From the IMG/VR virus record IMGVR_UViG_3300020045_003677, positions 60,098 through 124,097 of that record: a stretch of DNA of 64,000 nt; one strand, 5' to 3'. A program made the translations under genes and the position numbers. The notes beneath the pieces were generated by a model. It saw only the letters and a list, made by a program, of their open reading frames with translations, was not told where the DNA came from and did not search any database. Shown here piece by piece: positions 1 to 9,189 of this stretch. Source of the stretch: a virus (lineage: Duplodnaviria > Heunggongvirae > Uroviricota > Caudoviricetes). Positions within the stretch are counted from its first letter, which is position 1, and the number at the start of each line of letters is the position of its first letter.

Positions 1-266
1 CCTGGTTTCTCGTGTGCCTTCTTAATATCTTCCTTAGATAACTTACCTCCAGTGATATATTTTAGTACTTTCTCTGGCACTAGGTTACCACCATCCTGTT
101 TCTTGTGGCTCCATTTCTTTGCGTTCTGAGCGAACACTGCACGTTTCTTTGTAACTGGATTCTTACTGTGAGTTAGTTCCTCTGTACTCTTCCCAGTGGC
201 CTTCTTGGTGGCTGTGAACTTACCTTTGTTTGCTGGGTTAATATGTATTGTTGACACTCTATTCAT
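1..266 (-). CDS. Hypothetical Lys-rich protein, partial. ATG at 266 on the minus strand and the ORF runs off the window start.
   Basis: Reverse-complement reading from 266 to 1 has no stop (MNRVSTIHINPANKGKF...). It abuts the 259..531 ORF. Confidence 0.35.
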   Translation of the reverse strand, partial: MNRVSTIHINPANKGKFTATKKATGKSTEELTHSKNPVTKKRAVFAQNAKKWSHKKQDGGNLVPEKVLKYITGGKLSKEDIKKAHEKP

Positions 267-531
267 GTTTTAGTATACCACCAAATCCTCTTTTTCTCGC
301 AGTCACTGGGTGTGCAGTTCTCTGTAGGTGTGGTGGAGCACTAGCCGGGTTAGATGTCGGTGACACAACCTTGTTACGCTCCTTCATAGTATTAACCTTC
401 TTACCTACCTCAGACCTAGATCGTTGTACATTAATAGGCTGGTCTGGTAGTTTGGACAACCCGTCAGTCTCCGGCATCATATGAACCGAAGAACTGCGAG
501 CTCCTTTTACTGGGCGTCTTAGAATAGACAT
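259..531 (-). CDS. Hypothetical basic low-complexity protein.
   Basis: 90-aa ORF in the track. Its start overlaps the stop of the upstream minus-strand gene (ATGA-type coupling at 531). Confidence 0.35.
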   Translation of the reverse strand: MSILRRPVKGARSSSVHMMPETDGLSKLPDQPINVQRSRSEVGKKVNTMKERNKVVSPTSNPASAPPHLQRTAHPVTARKRGFGGILKHE

Positions 532-1964
532 TATTTCTTTTTCTTTTTAGTCTTTAGTACACCACCACACTTCATCTGAGTCTTAACCCCACGATTAAGA
601 ATACCAGGGATGTAGTTTGGTTCCAATGATACCTCACCAGCATAGAAGTTACCGGTAGAGTTATGTGTTGGTTGTGGCCTGTTACCTGCTAGTACTTTAG
701 TTCCCACCGACCTGTTAGGTAATGCTTTAACTTGTACTCCCTTGTATATAGGCATATTAGCATTTACTTTCTCCTGTTGTTCGGCCTGGTCAACAAGTGC
801 TGATGTATTTGGAATAGATTTAGGTCCAGCTACTTTCTGTAGTGCTTGGTCCACCGCCGGTGACGCTGTCTTAACATTTGGACTTTCCTTCTTACGTACC
901 TCAGGAGCCTTTCCTTTAGCAGCCGAAGCATCCGGTTTAGTTACAGTCTTGCTAGTGTTAACGGTTGTACCATCACTAGACTTCTTTGTTGTATTAGTCT
1001 TAGTAGTAACAACAGGTCCTGGAGCTACCTTAGGAGGTACTGTATTACCAGTAATCTTTGCATCCGGTTTCACACTCTGTCTTGGAGCATTAGGATACAT
1101 AGAATTCTGATTATTAGGATTCTTATCTCCTGGCTGTGGTTTCTGAGAGGTACGTTGTTCTACCGGTTTGCTTTGTTTATCACCTGAACGATTGATAGCA
1201 TATGCACCAGCACCAACGGCTGCTGAAACACCTCCTGTGATTACTCCCAGAGCTTTCCATTCAGTTGCATCTTGTGGTTTCATATAGTTAGCAGCATTTC
1301 TAAGAGGAGTACCTATCTTACCTACTCCTGTAGCTATGGTATTCTTCCCAGCTACAATCTTATTGCCGATAGCACCAGCACCTTGTTTAACTCCTGAAGC
1401 AGCTGCATTCTTTGCATCTATTCCAGCAACCCTAACCTTAGTAGACCATGGAATAACCGGTTGTACCGAACCAGGCTTCATACCAGCCATAGTTTCAGGC
1501 ATGGCTTTTATACTCATTGTAGCACGATCCACTATAGGAGCCTGTATTTCGGCACCTCTAAATGGAATGCCGGTACTTGTCTTTCCTGGGTTATGTACAA
1601 TGTTTTGTGCTTGAGACTTGATAAACTGTTGACCTTCTCTGGCCGCGTACTGTCTACCTTGTTGTGCACCATAGTTAATAGCAGATCTACCATACTTAGC
1701 ACCTCCCGCGAATCGCGCCGGCATCATACCAGCCATGGATTCTTCTGCAGATCCCTGCCCTGTAGCATAAGCTATCTGTGGAGTTACCATATCAAGTGCT
1801 GGTACATCTTTAAATAATTGTGGTTTATTCTGATTCCATGATCCTAATACATTCATTAGGAACTGTTGTATTGCCGGCCGGGCCTGTTGTATCTGTCCCT
1901 GACCATTAGCATCTACATCTGCTCCGTGTAGTGGTTTCAATCTAATATTTGCTGGTAAAGCCAT
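531..1964 (-). CDS. Hypothetical Gly/Ala/Lys/Thr/Pro-rich low-complexity protein, possibly virion-associated (internal or tail).
   Basis: 477-aa ORF with long low-complexity GAGAIGNK/TTKTNTTKK stretches. No enzymatic motif recognised. Confidence 0.5.
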   Translation of the reverse strand: MALPANIRLKPLHGADVDANGQGQIQQARPAIQQFLMNVLGSWNQNKPQLFKDVPALDMVTPQIAYATGQGSAEESMAGMMPARFAGGAKYGRSAINYGAQQGRQYAAREGQQFIKSQAQNIVHNPGKTSTGIPFRGAEIQAPIVDRATMSIKAMPETMAGMKPGSVQPVIPWSTKVRVAGIDAKNAAASGVKQGAGAIGNKIVAGKNTIATGVGKIGTPLRNAANYMKPQDATEWKALGVITGGVSAAVGAGAYAINRSGDKQSKPVEQRTSQKPQPGDKNPNNQNSMYPNAPRQSVKPDAKITGNTVPPKVAPGPVVTTKTNTTKKSSDGTTVNTSKTVTKPDASAAKGKAPEVRKKESPNVKTASPAVDQALQKVAGPKSIPNTSALVDQAEQQEKVNANMPIYKGVQVKALPNRSVGTKVLAGNRPQPTHNSTGNFYAGEVSLEPNYIPGILNRGVKTQMKCGGVLKTKKKKK

Positions 1965-1978
1965 AATAAGTTAGTGTG

Positions 1979-2875
1979 TTAGTTGCCTAGAATATCTCTA
2001 GGCTTTTGTTTATACTTACAATCCATTCTACTATCGTAATACATTCCATCCCACGTTTCATACACAGCCTGAAGCTGGTTATTCTCATCCCAGAAAACTC
2101 TCATAGGGTAACACGGATGGAACTCGTAGCCATTCTCATTAACTACCACCAGTACTTTCTCAGTGACCATCACTGGATCACCTGTAAGCGTCTGATAAAT
2201 AGCTAACTGTATAGAGTAGTGTATCCAGTTGCAATCATGCAAATACCTGAATGGACCTCCCATACATTTGAACTTACGACTAATCGGATTATAGTAACTT
2301 TTTTTCTTAAGAGGATCCTTTAAGAACTTGAAGTCATAGATCATATAATCATACTCTTCAGAGTTAGGTCTCTTTTTCTTTAGGATAATATCACTCTGGC
2401 CCGCTAACTGTAGATCCACCGAGTATACAAGTAGCTCAGTAGTAGCAAGTTCGTACCCTTTACTCTTAATATCTTGAATCAATATCGGTACCCATTTAGC
2501 TTTAGGACTATTAGGAATATCTTCCTCCTTAACTATTTCTCCGTTAAGTAGTTTCTCCCCATAATCATGTAGCCTAGTACCCATTCGACTAGCCTCAACC
2601 CATTCTTCCATAACTTCTAAGTAGTCCCTACCAAAGTACTGAGAATTCTTATTCTTCACCACCCTCTTCGCAACATCCTCAGACACAAACTCTTCATATT
2701 CAAACTCCTTGATTAGCGTGGTAACACTATTGAATTTAAACTGTGCATCATCCAGCATAATATACGTATGGGTATCTTCAATGAACCCTACCTTCTTATC
2801 CAGTGATATATTATCCAACTGTCTACCATTAACTTCTACTAGTCCCCTCATATGTCTTATTATACTTATTAACAA
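1979..2875 (-). CDS. PD-(D/E)XK nuclease, RecB/YqaJ-like.
   Basis: Ordered motifs LAGQSDIIL (GxxD), MIYDFKF (DxK) and QLAIYQTL (QxxxY) are typical of RecB-family nucleases. Confidence 0.55.
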   Translation of the reverse strand: MLISIIRHMRGLVEVNGRQLDNISLDKKVGFIEDTHTYIMLDDAQFKFNSVTTLIKEFEYEEFVSEDVAKRVVKNKNSQYFGRDYLEVMEEWVEASRMGTRLHDYGEKLLNGEIVKEEDIPNSPKAKWVPILIQDIKSKGYELATTELLVYSVDLQLAGQSDIILKKKRPNSEEYDYMIYDFKFLKDPLKKKSYYNPISRKFKCMGGPFRYLHDCNWIHYSIQLAIYQTLTGDPVMVTEKVLVVVNENGYEFHPCYPMRVFWDENNQLQAVYETWDGMYYDSRMDCKYKQKPRDILGN

Positions 2876-3308
2876 TCTCTATACTTAAGCCCGTCTCCTT
2901 AGATATCTGTGCATTAGATGGCACCAGTATACCATTATTAAATAACGAGCGTATAGCTTCTCTTATAGTTTTCTTATGTGTGTTCCTACTTCCTTTACTT
3001 CTACCCCCGGCCTCTCCACCTTTTGAACTATTAGTAAGTTTATGTACCTTACCATACTCCATTATATAAAGAGATTCCTTCGCTAGCGCCTCCTCCATGG
3101 TCTTATAACAACCCAGCTGTACAACTCCTATAGCCTTCCCACCACTAATAGCAGTGAATAGCCACTTCTCTTTAGGAGTCTTCTTATTAGTACACTCCCC
3201 TACATGTTGAGTAAACCTAATAGTTGGTGTCTTGGAAGTATACCCTACATACTTTATATTATCCTGGGTACCTTCAAACAATGCATACACATAGTATTTA
3301 CCCCTCAT
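2829..3308 (-). CDS. GIY-YIG family endonuclease (stand-alone catalytic domain, homing-endonuclease-like).
   Basis: N-terminus YYVYALFEG...IKYVGYTSKTPTIRFTQH matches the GIY-(10-11 aa)-YIG motif with a downstream conserved R/E region. Confidence 0.7.
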   Translation of the reverse strand: MRGKYYVYALFEGTQDNIKYVGYTSKTPTIRFTQHVGECTNKKTPKEKWLFTAISGGKAIGVVQLGCYKTMEEALAKESLYIMEYGKVHKLTNSSKGGEAGGRSKGSRNTHKKTIREAIRSLFNNGILVPSNAQISKETGLSIEIVNKYNKTYEGTSRS

Positions 3309-4080
3309 CCTTTAATCCTATTTCTTTTAGAGTAAGTCCAATAGTCTGTCTGGTTAATCCCGACAACCTAGCTATATCATTATAAGTATAGTTCTCAATT
3401 CCAATAGACTTAAGCTTATCCACCGACTCTATAACAGATTGAATAGTTCTATTCTTCTTATCCAATCCAGTCTTAGTCCAGTAACAGTTGACAGCATGCA
3501 GAGATTCATCCACAAACGCAGCAACTTCCTTAGTCTTATACTTAGTATCAATAGACATCAACTGTCTACTCTTATCAATGTAATCGTTTCTCAATAACTT
3601 CTGTATCTGTTTCCTACCACCCTCTGTACAATCCTTACTATACCATATATCATGGAAGCAGAATATACTTGTATGCATCTTAGGAAGAACTTCACTCAAT
3701 GAATCTAAACAGTATGCATCACTAACAGCCTTAGCAAGTAGTAATGGATCAGGCTTCCGATAGTAAGAAGTATTAAACTTGTACTTCAGAACATCCTGAA
3801 TAATGTCTCTAGGCTTATTATGGTTCAACATTCTCAGTGCAACAGCATTCTGAAACAGTACACCATACTCTCCCAACGTTGGTAATAAGAAAGGTAGCAT
3901 ATTCACAGACACTTGTAATCTATTCTCATCAGTCTGAACATATCCATCTTCATTAAATGCATATCCCTCTGGACAATCATGTCTGTTGGTCCATCTAATA
4001 GTACCAATAATATCTAATATATTCCTACTCATTGCAGGTATAGCAGGTACGATGCTAATCTTGTCTGTCTTCTTTCTCAT
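3298..4080 (-). CDS. Hypothetical protein with a C-terminal helix-turn-helix. Possible DNA-binding or endonuclease-associated protein.
   Basis: C-terminus IENYTYNDIARLSGLTRQTIGLTLKEIG is a clear HTH. The N-terminal domain is unassigned. Confidence 0.45.
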   Translation of the reverse strand: MRKKTDKISIVPAIPAMSRNILDIIGTIRWTNRHDCPEGYAFNEDGYVQTDENRLQVSVNMLPFLLPTLGEYGVLFQNAVALRMLNHNKPRDIIQDVLKYKFNTSYYRKPDPLLLAKAVSDAYCLDSLSEVLPKMHTSIFCFHDIWYSKDCTEGGRKQIQKLLRNDYIDKSRQLMSIDTKYKTKEVAAFVDESLHAVNCYWTKTGLDKKNRTIQSVIESVDKLKSIGIENYTYNDIARLSGLTRQTIGLTLKEIGLKDEG

Positions 4081-4104
4081 AGTTTAATCGTATGGTTTTA
4101 TCGT

Positions 4105-4166
4105 AATGTACGAAAATGACTGTGATAGTATAGTATAGTAAGCTATCACGAACAAAATCGTACATT
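4105..4166. promoter_or_regulatory. Nested imperfect palindrome in the divergent intergenic region. Candidate operator or divergent promoter control site.
   Basis: Outer inverted repeat aatgtacg/cgtacatt (4105-4112 and 4159-4166). Inner repeat gtgatag/ctatcac (4122-4128 and 4143-4149) flanks tatagtatagtaag. Repeated aatcgta motifs at 4087, 4098 and 4156. Confidence 0.4.
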
Positions 4167-4443
4167 GGTTATCCATATTATAGTTAAAATACCTGTAGTA
4201 TGTGTATTACCAACTAACTAAGTGCACGAGCTTCCCACAGATAGGGTACTTTATATAACTATCCCCGGTCTATTTCAAAATCGTAGTGTATACATAAGAG
4301 GTAGTACCACATACTCTTTACTCCCCGGTCGAATCCTGTGGGAAAACGCAAATCTAGTTTGGTCACCCCAGTACCCCTTCCAATCTTTGCGACATTTGAT
4401 TCAGACCATTACCATTGATGAGTATTAATTTAAATCCCTACAA

Positions 4444-4665
4444 ATGACAAAGTTTACAGCACTTCAAGTATTTAATATTATGTCTGTTATTATCTTAATG
4501 ATACTAACAGGCTTATTCGTTGCGCTCATTGCGTACGCTCAAGGCGTTAACCCTAAGGATACTGAATTCATTGGCATGCTTATCATCGCTGCCTCTGTAT
4601 GTGGTATTCTTCTTCTTGTACAGATGGTTGCTACTGTTCGTTCATTCATGTATCCTAAAAACTAG
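4444..4665 (+). CDS. Small hydrophobic membrane protein.
   Basis: 73-aa ORF with two predicted transmembrane stretches and an A-rich start context. Confidence 0.5.
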   Translation: MTKFTALQVFNIMSVIILMILTGLFVALIAYAQGVNPKDTEFIGMLIIAASVCGILLLVQMVATVRSFMYPKN

Positions 4666-4669
4666 AGCT

Positions 4670-4984
4670 ATGAAACATGTTATTCTATTACCTTCGCTAA
4701 AAGAGATGCAGCCAATGGAGATCACTCTTAACCAGTCCGAAGTTCTTCCTATTGGATCATACATTACTGTTCACGTTAGTGCTAAACAATACATAGATGA
4801 AGTACCCAACTTTCACCGGTGCATCACTAATAAGAAAAAGGCACGAACTAATCCTACTCTTCTGTTTCCAGTTCATATGAAGATTATTGGATACCATGCT
4901 CATCATGATGAGAATGAAGAGGATAATTGTTTGTTCATAATATGTGAACACAGTATCAGACCTTCATTTGGACTAATCAGTTAA
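4670..4984 (+). CDS. Hypothetical protein.
   Basis: Internal ATG at 4670 of track ORF 4520..4984, placed just after the upstream stop. The part upstream of 4670 overlaps gene 4444..4665 in another frame. Confidence 0.4.
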   Translation: MKHVILLPSLKEMQPMEITLNQSEVLPIGSYITVHVSAKQYIDEVPNFHRCITNKKKARTNPTLLFPVHMKIIGYHAHHDENEEDNCLFIICEHSIRPSFGLIS

Positions 4985-5130
4985 GATATTCCCTCAGCAA
5001 TGGGGGATTATTTTTAAACCCGGCGACATCTAACTAGACTATTACCACACTATAGAGGAGTCGATTGCAATGCCAACACGTGCATTTCATGGTAATTCCG
5101 ATTTTGTTTAATCATTAACATCTCCCTACG

Positions 5131-5745
5131 ATGAATAATGATTCTTTATTAGCCGCAAAGGCTCAGTTCTTGACCGTTGATTTTCTTAGTAGCCTATCTG
5201 AATCAGATGGCATGACCGCCGAATTGGTTGGTCGTGAGTTTACTATCGCCGCCTTGTACCCACACAAGACGCTGAAAGACTACAACGGTAACCCGAAGGT
5301 CATGATCAAGGCCGTTCGTGATGGGAAGGTTAACGAGTGGTTCGCTGAATCAGTCCTAACCAGGTTCTCTGTAGACAGCTGTGAAGCTGGTATAACCATT
5401 GCTAAAGGCCGCAGCTTTGCTGATGCTGCTAGCGAAGGAGTGTTGGTCTCTCGTTTTACTGTCACTGGATCAACTCCAGCAGTAGATCGTAATGGCTACG
5501 CACAATACCGTCGTGATGCGCTGTCAGCATTGAAGGTACAGAAGTTGCTGAAAGGTGACTATGAAGCATACCGTTCAAAGGAGGCATCTCCAGAGAAGTC
5601 GGAAGCTTATCGTACCATTGCAGCTAACATTGAGGACTTGTTCCTTGATTCGCTGTGTACACGCCCTAACGGCCCGCTAACACCGGAGAATGAGGCAAAG
5701 TATCGCCTTGTTAACCCGACTGTGTTGGTTGCAGAGGTTATTTAG
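5131..5745 (+). CDS. Hypothetical protein.
   Basis: 204-aa ORF with ATG start. A conserved intergenic motif lies upstream. Confidence 0.6.
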   Translation: MNNDSLLAAKAQFLTVDFLSSLSESDGMTAELVGREFTIAALYPHKTLKDYNGNPKVMIKAVRDGKVNEWFAESVLTRFSVDSCEAGITIAKGRSFADAASEGVLVSRFTVTGSTPAVDRNGYAQYRRDALSALKVQKLLKGDYEAYRSKEASPEKSEAYRTIAANIEDLFLDSLCTRPNGPLTPENEAKYRLVNPTVLVAEVI

Positions 5746-5851
5746 TTCATGATCATCCAGGCTAGGATTAGGCCCTAAGCAAGTACTCTGCTCATAGCAG
5801 TTGCGCCTGGAGATCTTTCTTTATTTATTCACGTTTTAAAACATTTGCTTT

Positions 5852-6196
5852 ATGAAAATCTTAACGATTCAAGCAAACAAAGGCGGTGCTGATGCAGCTG
5901 CTCAGGTAATTATTTATGTGTTAGGTTTGATTGGTTGTGCAATGGAAAGCATGCGCAAGGATATGGTCATCACTTATGATGAACTATCAAGACAAGCCAC
6001 GTTGGAAGTGAGAGAAAATACACTCTTAGCATACTTCAAACTGCATGGTCAACCAAAGATGCGTAATCATGTTGGTAGATTGTGTAAGATGAGAGAGGTT
6101 GATGGGTATTTATTCCACCCATTGATTAAAGAAAATATACCATTGTATGATGAGTATATCAACGTGTGTAGAACAGGAGGACAATCTCATGTATAG
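5852..6196 (+). CDS. Hypothetical protein.
   Basis: 114-aa ORF followed by a strong terminator. Confidence 0.55.
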   Translation: MKILTIQANKGGADAAAQVIIYVLGLIGCAMESMRKDMVITYDELSRQATLEVRENTLLAYFKLHGQPKMRNHVGRLCKMREVDGYLFHPLIKENIPLYDEYINVCRTGGQSHV

Positions 6197-6276
6197 TACA
6201 TTCGTTCACGGTATCAACGGTCAGATCGTTGTTATCGACTGCATCTATGATAATCCATATTGCAACTAATATAAGA

Positions 6277-6310
6277 GAGTGTCCTGCCCCCACAGGATGC
6301 TCTTCTTTTT
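6277..6310 (+). terminator. Rho-independent terminator.
   Basis: About a 10-bp stem (gagtgtcctg/caggatgctc) with a cccccA loop, followed by ttcttttt. Confidence 0.6.
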
Positions 6311-6450
6311 AAGGCCCGCGACATCCAACCACGACATACATAATTGCGATATCTAACTAAGACTTTTGCATGTTTTTACCCCGATTCTCACATATAGCAA
6401 AGTGAGATATCAATCAAGCGTGTTATTTATAAATCCTTAATAGTTAAAGA

Positions 6451-7098
6451 ATGAACGAGTTAACAATTGAACAAAGAAACGCCATGTTAGTTGGTGTATT
6501 GGCCGTATTAGCAGCGTCTACTGCAGGTACATTGTCAATGAATGGTATTGCTGTTGATGATGAGATTCAGCTCATGCAGATGCTTACTTCAAGCACAGCA
6601 CCACGTAGCCGCGTATCGGCAGAACACCCACAGTTTGTGTTCAAATCAGCCACAGGTAAACGCTTCACAGTTAGTGACACTGGTCTTCCAGCAATGCGTA
6701 TCCTGGCTTCAGGTAAAACCTTTGACTCATTACAGGCTGGCATGTTGAAAGACATCGCTAACAGTCCTGATGTGAGCTTCTTCAAAACTGTACTCGAAAC
6801 CCTTGAGAAAGGTAGAGAGATTGACATCACTAAGGTGAAGTTCAAATGTGTTGGTAAATTACCACAATCGAATTCTCTCGACCGCGATGTGCCCGCTATG
6901 ATCAACTCATGCTATAATGGCATCGAAGATTATCGTGCAGCCACAAGCGTAGCTGACCCGGATTATAACACAGCTCGTGAGGCATTACATGCTTCTAAGT
7001 TGAAACCGGAGTTCAAAAACAAATCATGGGCTAACGTTGACGACCGTCAATACTTCAGCTCAACACCGATTTTCCAGATCGACTGGAACCAGGCATAA
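6451..7098 (+). CDS. Hypothetical protein.
   Basis: 215-aa ORF. Confidence 0.6.
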   Translation: MNELTIEQRNAMLVGVLAVLAASTAGTLSMNGIAVDDEIQLMQMLTSSTAPRSRVSAEHPQFVFKSATGKRFTVSDTGLPAMRILASGKTFDSLQAGMLKDIANSPDVSFFKTVLETLEKGREIDITKVKFKCVGKLPQSNSLDRDVPAMINSCYNGIEDYRAATSVADPDYNTAREALHASKLKPEFKNKSWANVDDRQYFSSTPIFQIDWNQA

Positions 7099-7099
7099 G

Positions 7100-8140
7100 C
7101 TTGGAATCATTAGGATGGAGCTATTGTAGGGGTAGCTCCTCCTTACTTACCCGCTGGCGCGTCTTCGGACATTCGCCGGTGGGTTTAAGTTGATTATTCA
7201 CAATGCCAACATATAATAATCATGAAATGAGGCTTCTGCTATCATATAAAGATTATTGAGAGCTATGGATAGCCTAACACGCTGATCTACTCTCCAGAGT
7301 GCCCGGATACACAAATAAAACGTCGGGATAAATTTGCTACCGTTGAATATTAATAATGGTAGGACGGAGGTGGCGGAACCTCATCTTTACGGGCGTGAAC
7401 CGTGACAAACCTGTGGGGCTAGTGTGTGATATGTAGAGTGGCAAGCGACAGCTTCTCTATATACGAAACGGATCGTCGCTGATCCAGTATCACAACTTAG
7501 TGCAGACTTTAAAACCAGGTAGTCTAGGGTACATATTGAGAATATGTGCGGAGACTTTAAGAACCTTACAACCTCAACAACATCTGATAGTGTTGTAATA
7601 CAGTTCAATGCGGATCTATCGGACCGACATAACACTGCACGATGGGATACATTCAAGCTAACCAGACGCCGACTATGGCGTTCATGGCATGCACTAGTAT
7701 ACCCTGCGACGTAATCCTTATAATGTGCTCGTTGAACAGCACGGTATCGTATGGTCAAGCGATATGATAGGGTGAATTTATAACCATACAAACAAAAGCA
7801 ACACCTGGATGCTGGTAAATCAGGTAGGGACATGAACCGATGTCTCGAGTCTTCGACATTATTAAAAAGCTCAACTATCCCGAGTAAGCCAATGCTATGT
7901 CTAGATACGACAGATGCGGCCTCTACGCCGGAGAAATGAGAAAAGCCAACCACCAAGGAGAGCGGTATAGTGGAAACGAGACTGAGTGCCTATGCATATC
8001 ACCATCGTTTTCACTTCCGTTACTCGGTTCTCTTTTGACAGCTGGTTCATATATTAAGTCGTCTCACTATGATGATTTAGTAATATTGGACCAACCATAA
8101 TTATCAATTTCTAGTACCAAATCTTGTATTAATACTTAAA
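7100..8140. ncRNA. Candidate structured non-coding RNA region. About 1 kb, GC-rich and without an ORF.
   Basis: No credible ORF on the plus strand. A long hairpin at about 7149-7190 carries a UUCG tetraloop. Further hairpins include acgcc-gactat-ggcgt at about 7666. GC content is clearly higher than the flanking genes. Confidence 0.3.
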
Positions 8141-8143
8141 AGA

Positions 8144-8350
8144 ATGATGATACTATTTGAGGTATTCAGCACGTTGATACTTGCTAGTATACTGATTTAC
8201 ATACTGATAAGACCATTGTTATACGGTCGTAAGCCCTCAGAGCCGAAGATGATACTGATAGTATTTGCAGTTCATATATTGATAGTGATATCAGTAGTAG
8301 AGGTTGTATATGCTATTGCTCAGTACTTAATCACACTGTCGAAGATATGA
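8144..8350 (+). CDS. Small membrane protein.
   Basis: 68-aa hydrophobic ORF. It is first in a run of overlapping small genes. Confidence 0.45.
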   Translation: MMILFEVFSTLILASILIYILIRPLLYGRKPSEPKMILIVFAVHILIVISVVEVVYAIAQYLITLSKI

Positions 8351-8586
8351 TCTTAGGAGAACTATTGCTCGTAATAATCTTTATAGTAGGGTATAAACCC
8401 TCTAAGAAGAGATTTAAGGACTATGGTGGCTTTGATGAATACCTGCACTCTACTGAAGGACATAAAGCTGTTGATGGTTTAGTTATGGCTACCATGTTAT
8501 CTGGTCTAGCTCTAGCTATTGATATCATAGTACGTGTTGTTAAGTTTACAATGACTAGTGGGTTATTAACCTATAAGCTATTCTAA
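8347..8586 (+). CDS. Small membrane protein.
   Basis: 79-aa ORF. Its start overlaps the upstream stop. Confidence 0.45.
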   Translation: MILGELLLVIIFIVGYKPSKKRFKDYGGFDEYLHSTEGHKAVDGLVMATMLSGLALAIDIIVRVVKFTMTSGLLTYKLF

Positions 8587-8792
8587 TGAAAGAAGCTACA
8601 GTAGTCAGAGAGAACCTTATGACCGAACCTGGTTATACTCCATATTGTGGAGCACCTATGAAGTCACGTTGTACTATGCCACGTACGATATGGGATCCTA
8701 AGCTTAATCAGTTTAAGTGCTCTCATTGTAGTTTTGTTACAGAGTTTCCAGCAGATTTTATTGAACGTTACAGAGTTAAATGGAATAAATAA
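8586..8792 (+). CDS. Small zinc-ribbon protein.
   Basis: CGAP...C and CSHC cysteine pairs in a 68-aa ORF. Confidence 0.5.
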   Translation: MKEATVVRENLMTEPGYTPYCGAPMKSRCTMPRTIWDPKLNQFKCSHCSFVTEFPADFIERYRVKWNK

Positions 8793-8808
8793 CTTAAATT
8801 AAATAACA

Positions 8809-9189
8809 ATGAACTTAAAAGTCTTAGGTAAAGCGATGGGGTTTATGTTCCTACCAACGCTTGGTGTGTTATTGATGCTTGTGGTTGGGTTCTTTGACCC
8901 TATTGCAATGTGGAACTGGATTAAGTCCAACGATGGATGGGCTATTTTCGTACGTATTGTGCTCTTTCTTCTTGAAACAGGATTAGTGGTAGTAATGTAC
9001 TTCTATTATCTTGATGAAGAAACAAAGAAGCAAGCTTTTGATGGTAAAGGTGCTAAGAATGGAGAGCGTCGTAACAGTAGAACTGAAATATGCGACCTGT
9101 ATAGGACTGCAACATCACGAGACGCCTTTAGAGTGTTTGAGACAGAGAATGCAAATATCCGGATTGTTGAATTAATTAAAGAATCGTAA
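8809..9189 (+). CDS. Membrane protein.
   Basis: 126-aa ORF with hydrophobic segments. Confidence 0.5.
   Translation: MNLKVLGKAMGFMFLPTLGVLLMLVVGFFDPIAMWNWIKSNDGWAIFVRIVLFLLETGLVVVMYFYYLDEETKKQAFDGKGAKNGERRNSRTEICDLYRTATSRDAFRVFETENANIRIVELIKES

Noticed and set aside
742-1817. Plus-strand ORFs 742..1110, 1336..1614 and 1461..1817, antisense to the 531..1964 gene. Similar antisense ORFs lie inside other long genes, for example 31054..31356, 46262..47017, 48198..48518 and 52769..53110.
   Set aside because: They are fully embedded antisense in longer, better-supported genes and have low-complexity or biased translations.
4222-4428. 68-aa ORF in the divergent intergenic control region.
   Set aside because: It lies in the palindromic or promoter region and lacks an A-rich start context. 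Probably non-coding, but it cannot be excluded.
7387-7956. 189-aa minus-strand ORF inside the GC-rich island.
   Set aside because: Its composition is Arg/Ser/Cys/His-rich and typical of random translation of GC-rich non-coding DNA. It is antisense to the local gene direction and has no motif. Treated as non-coding.
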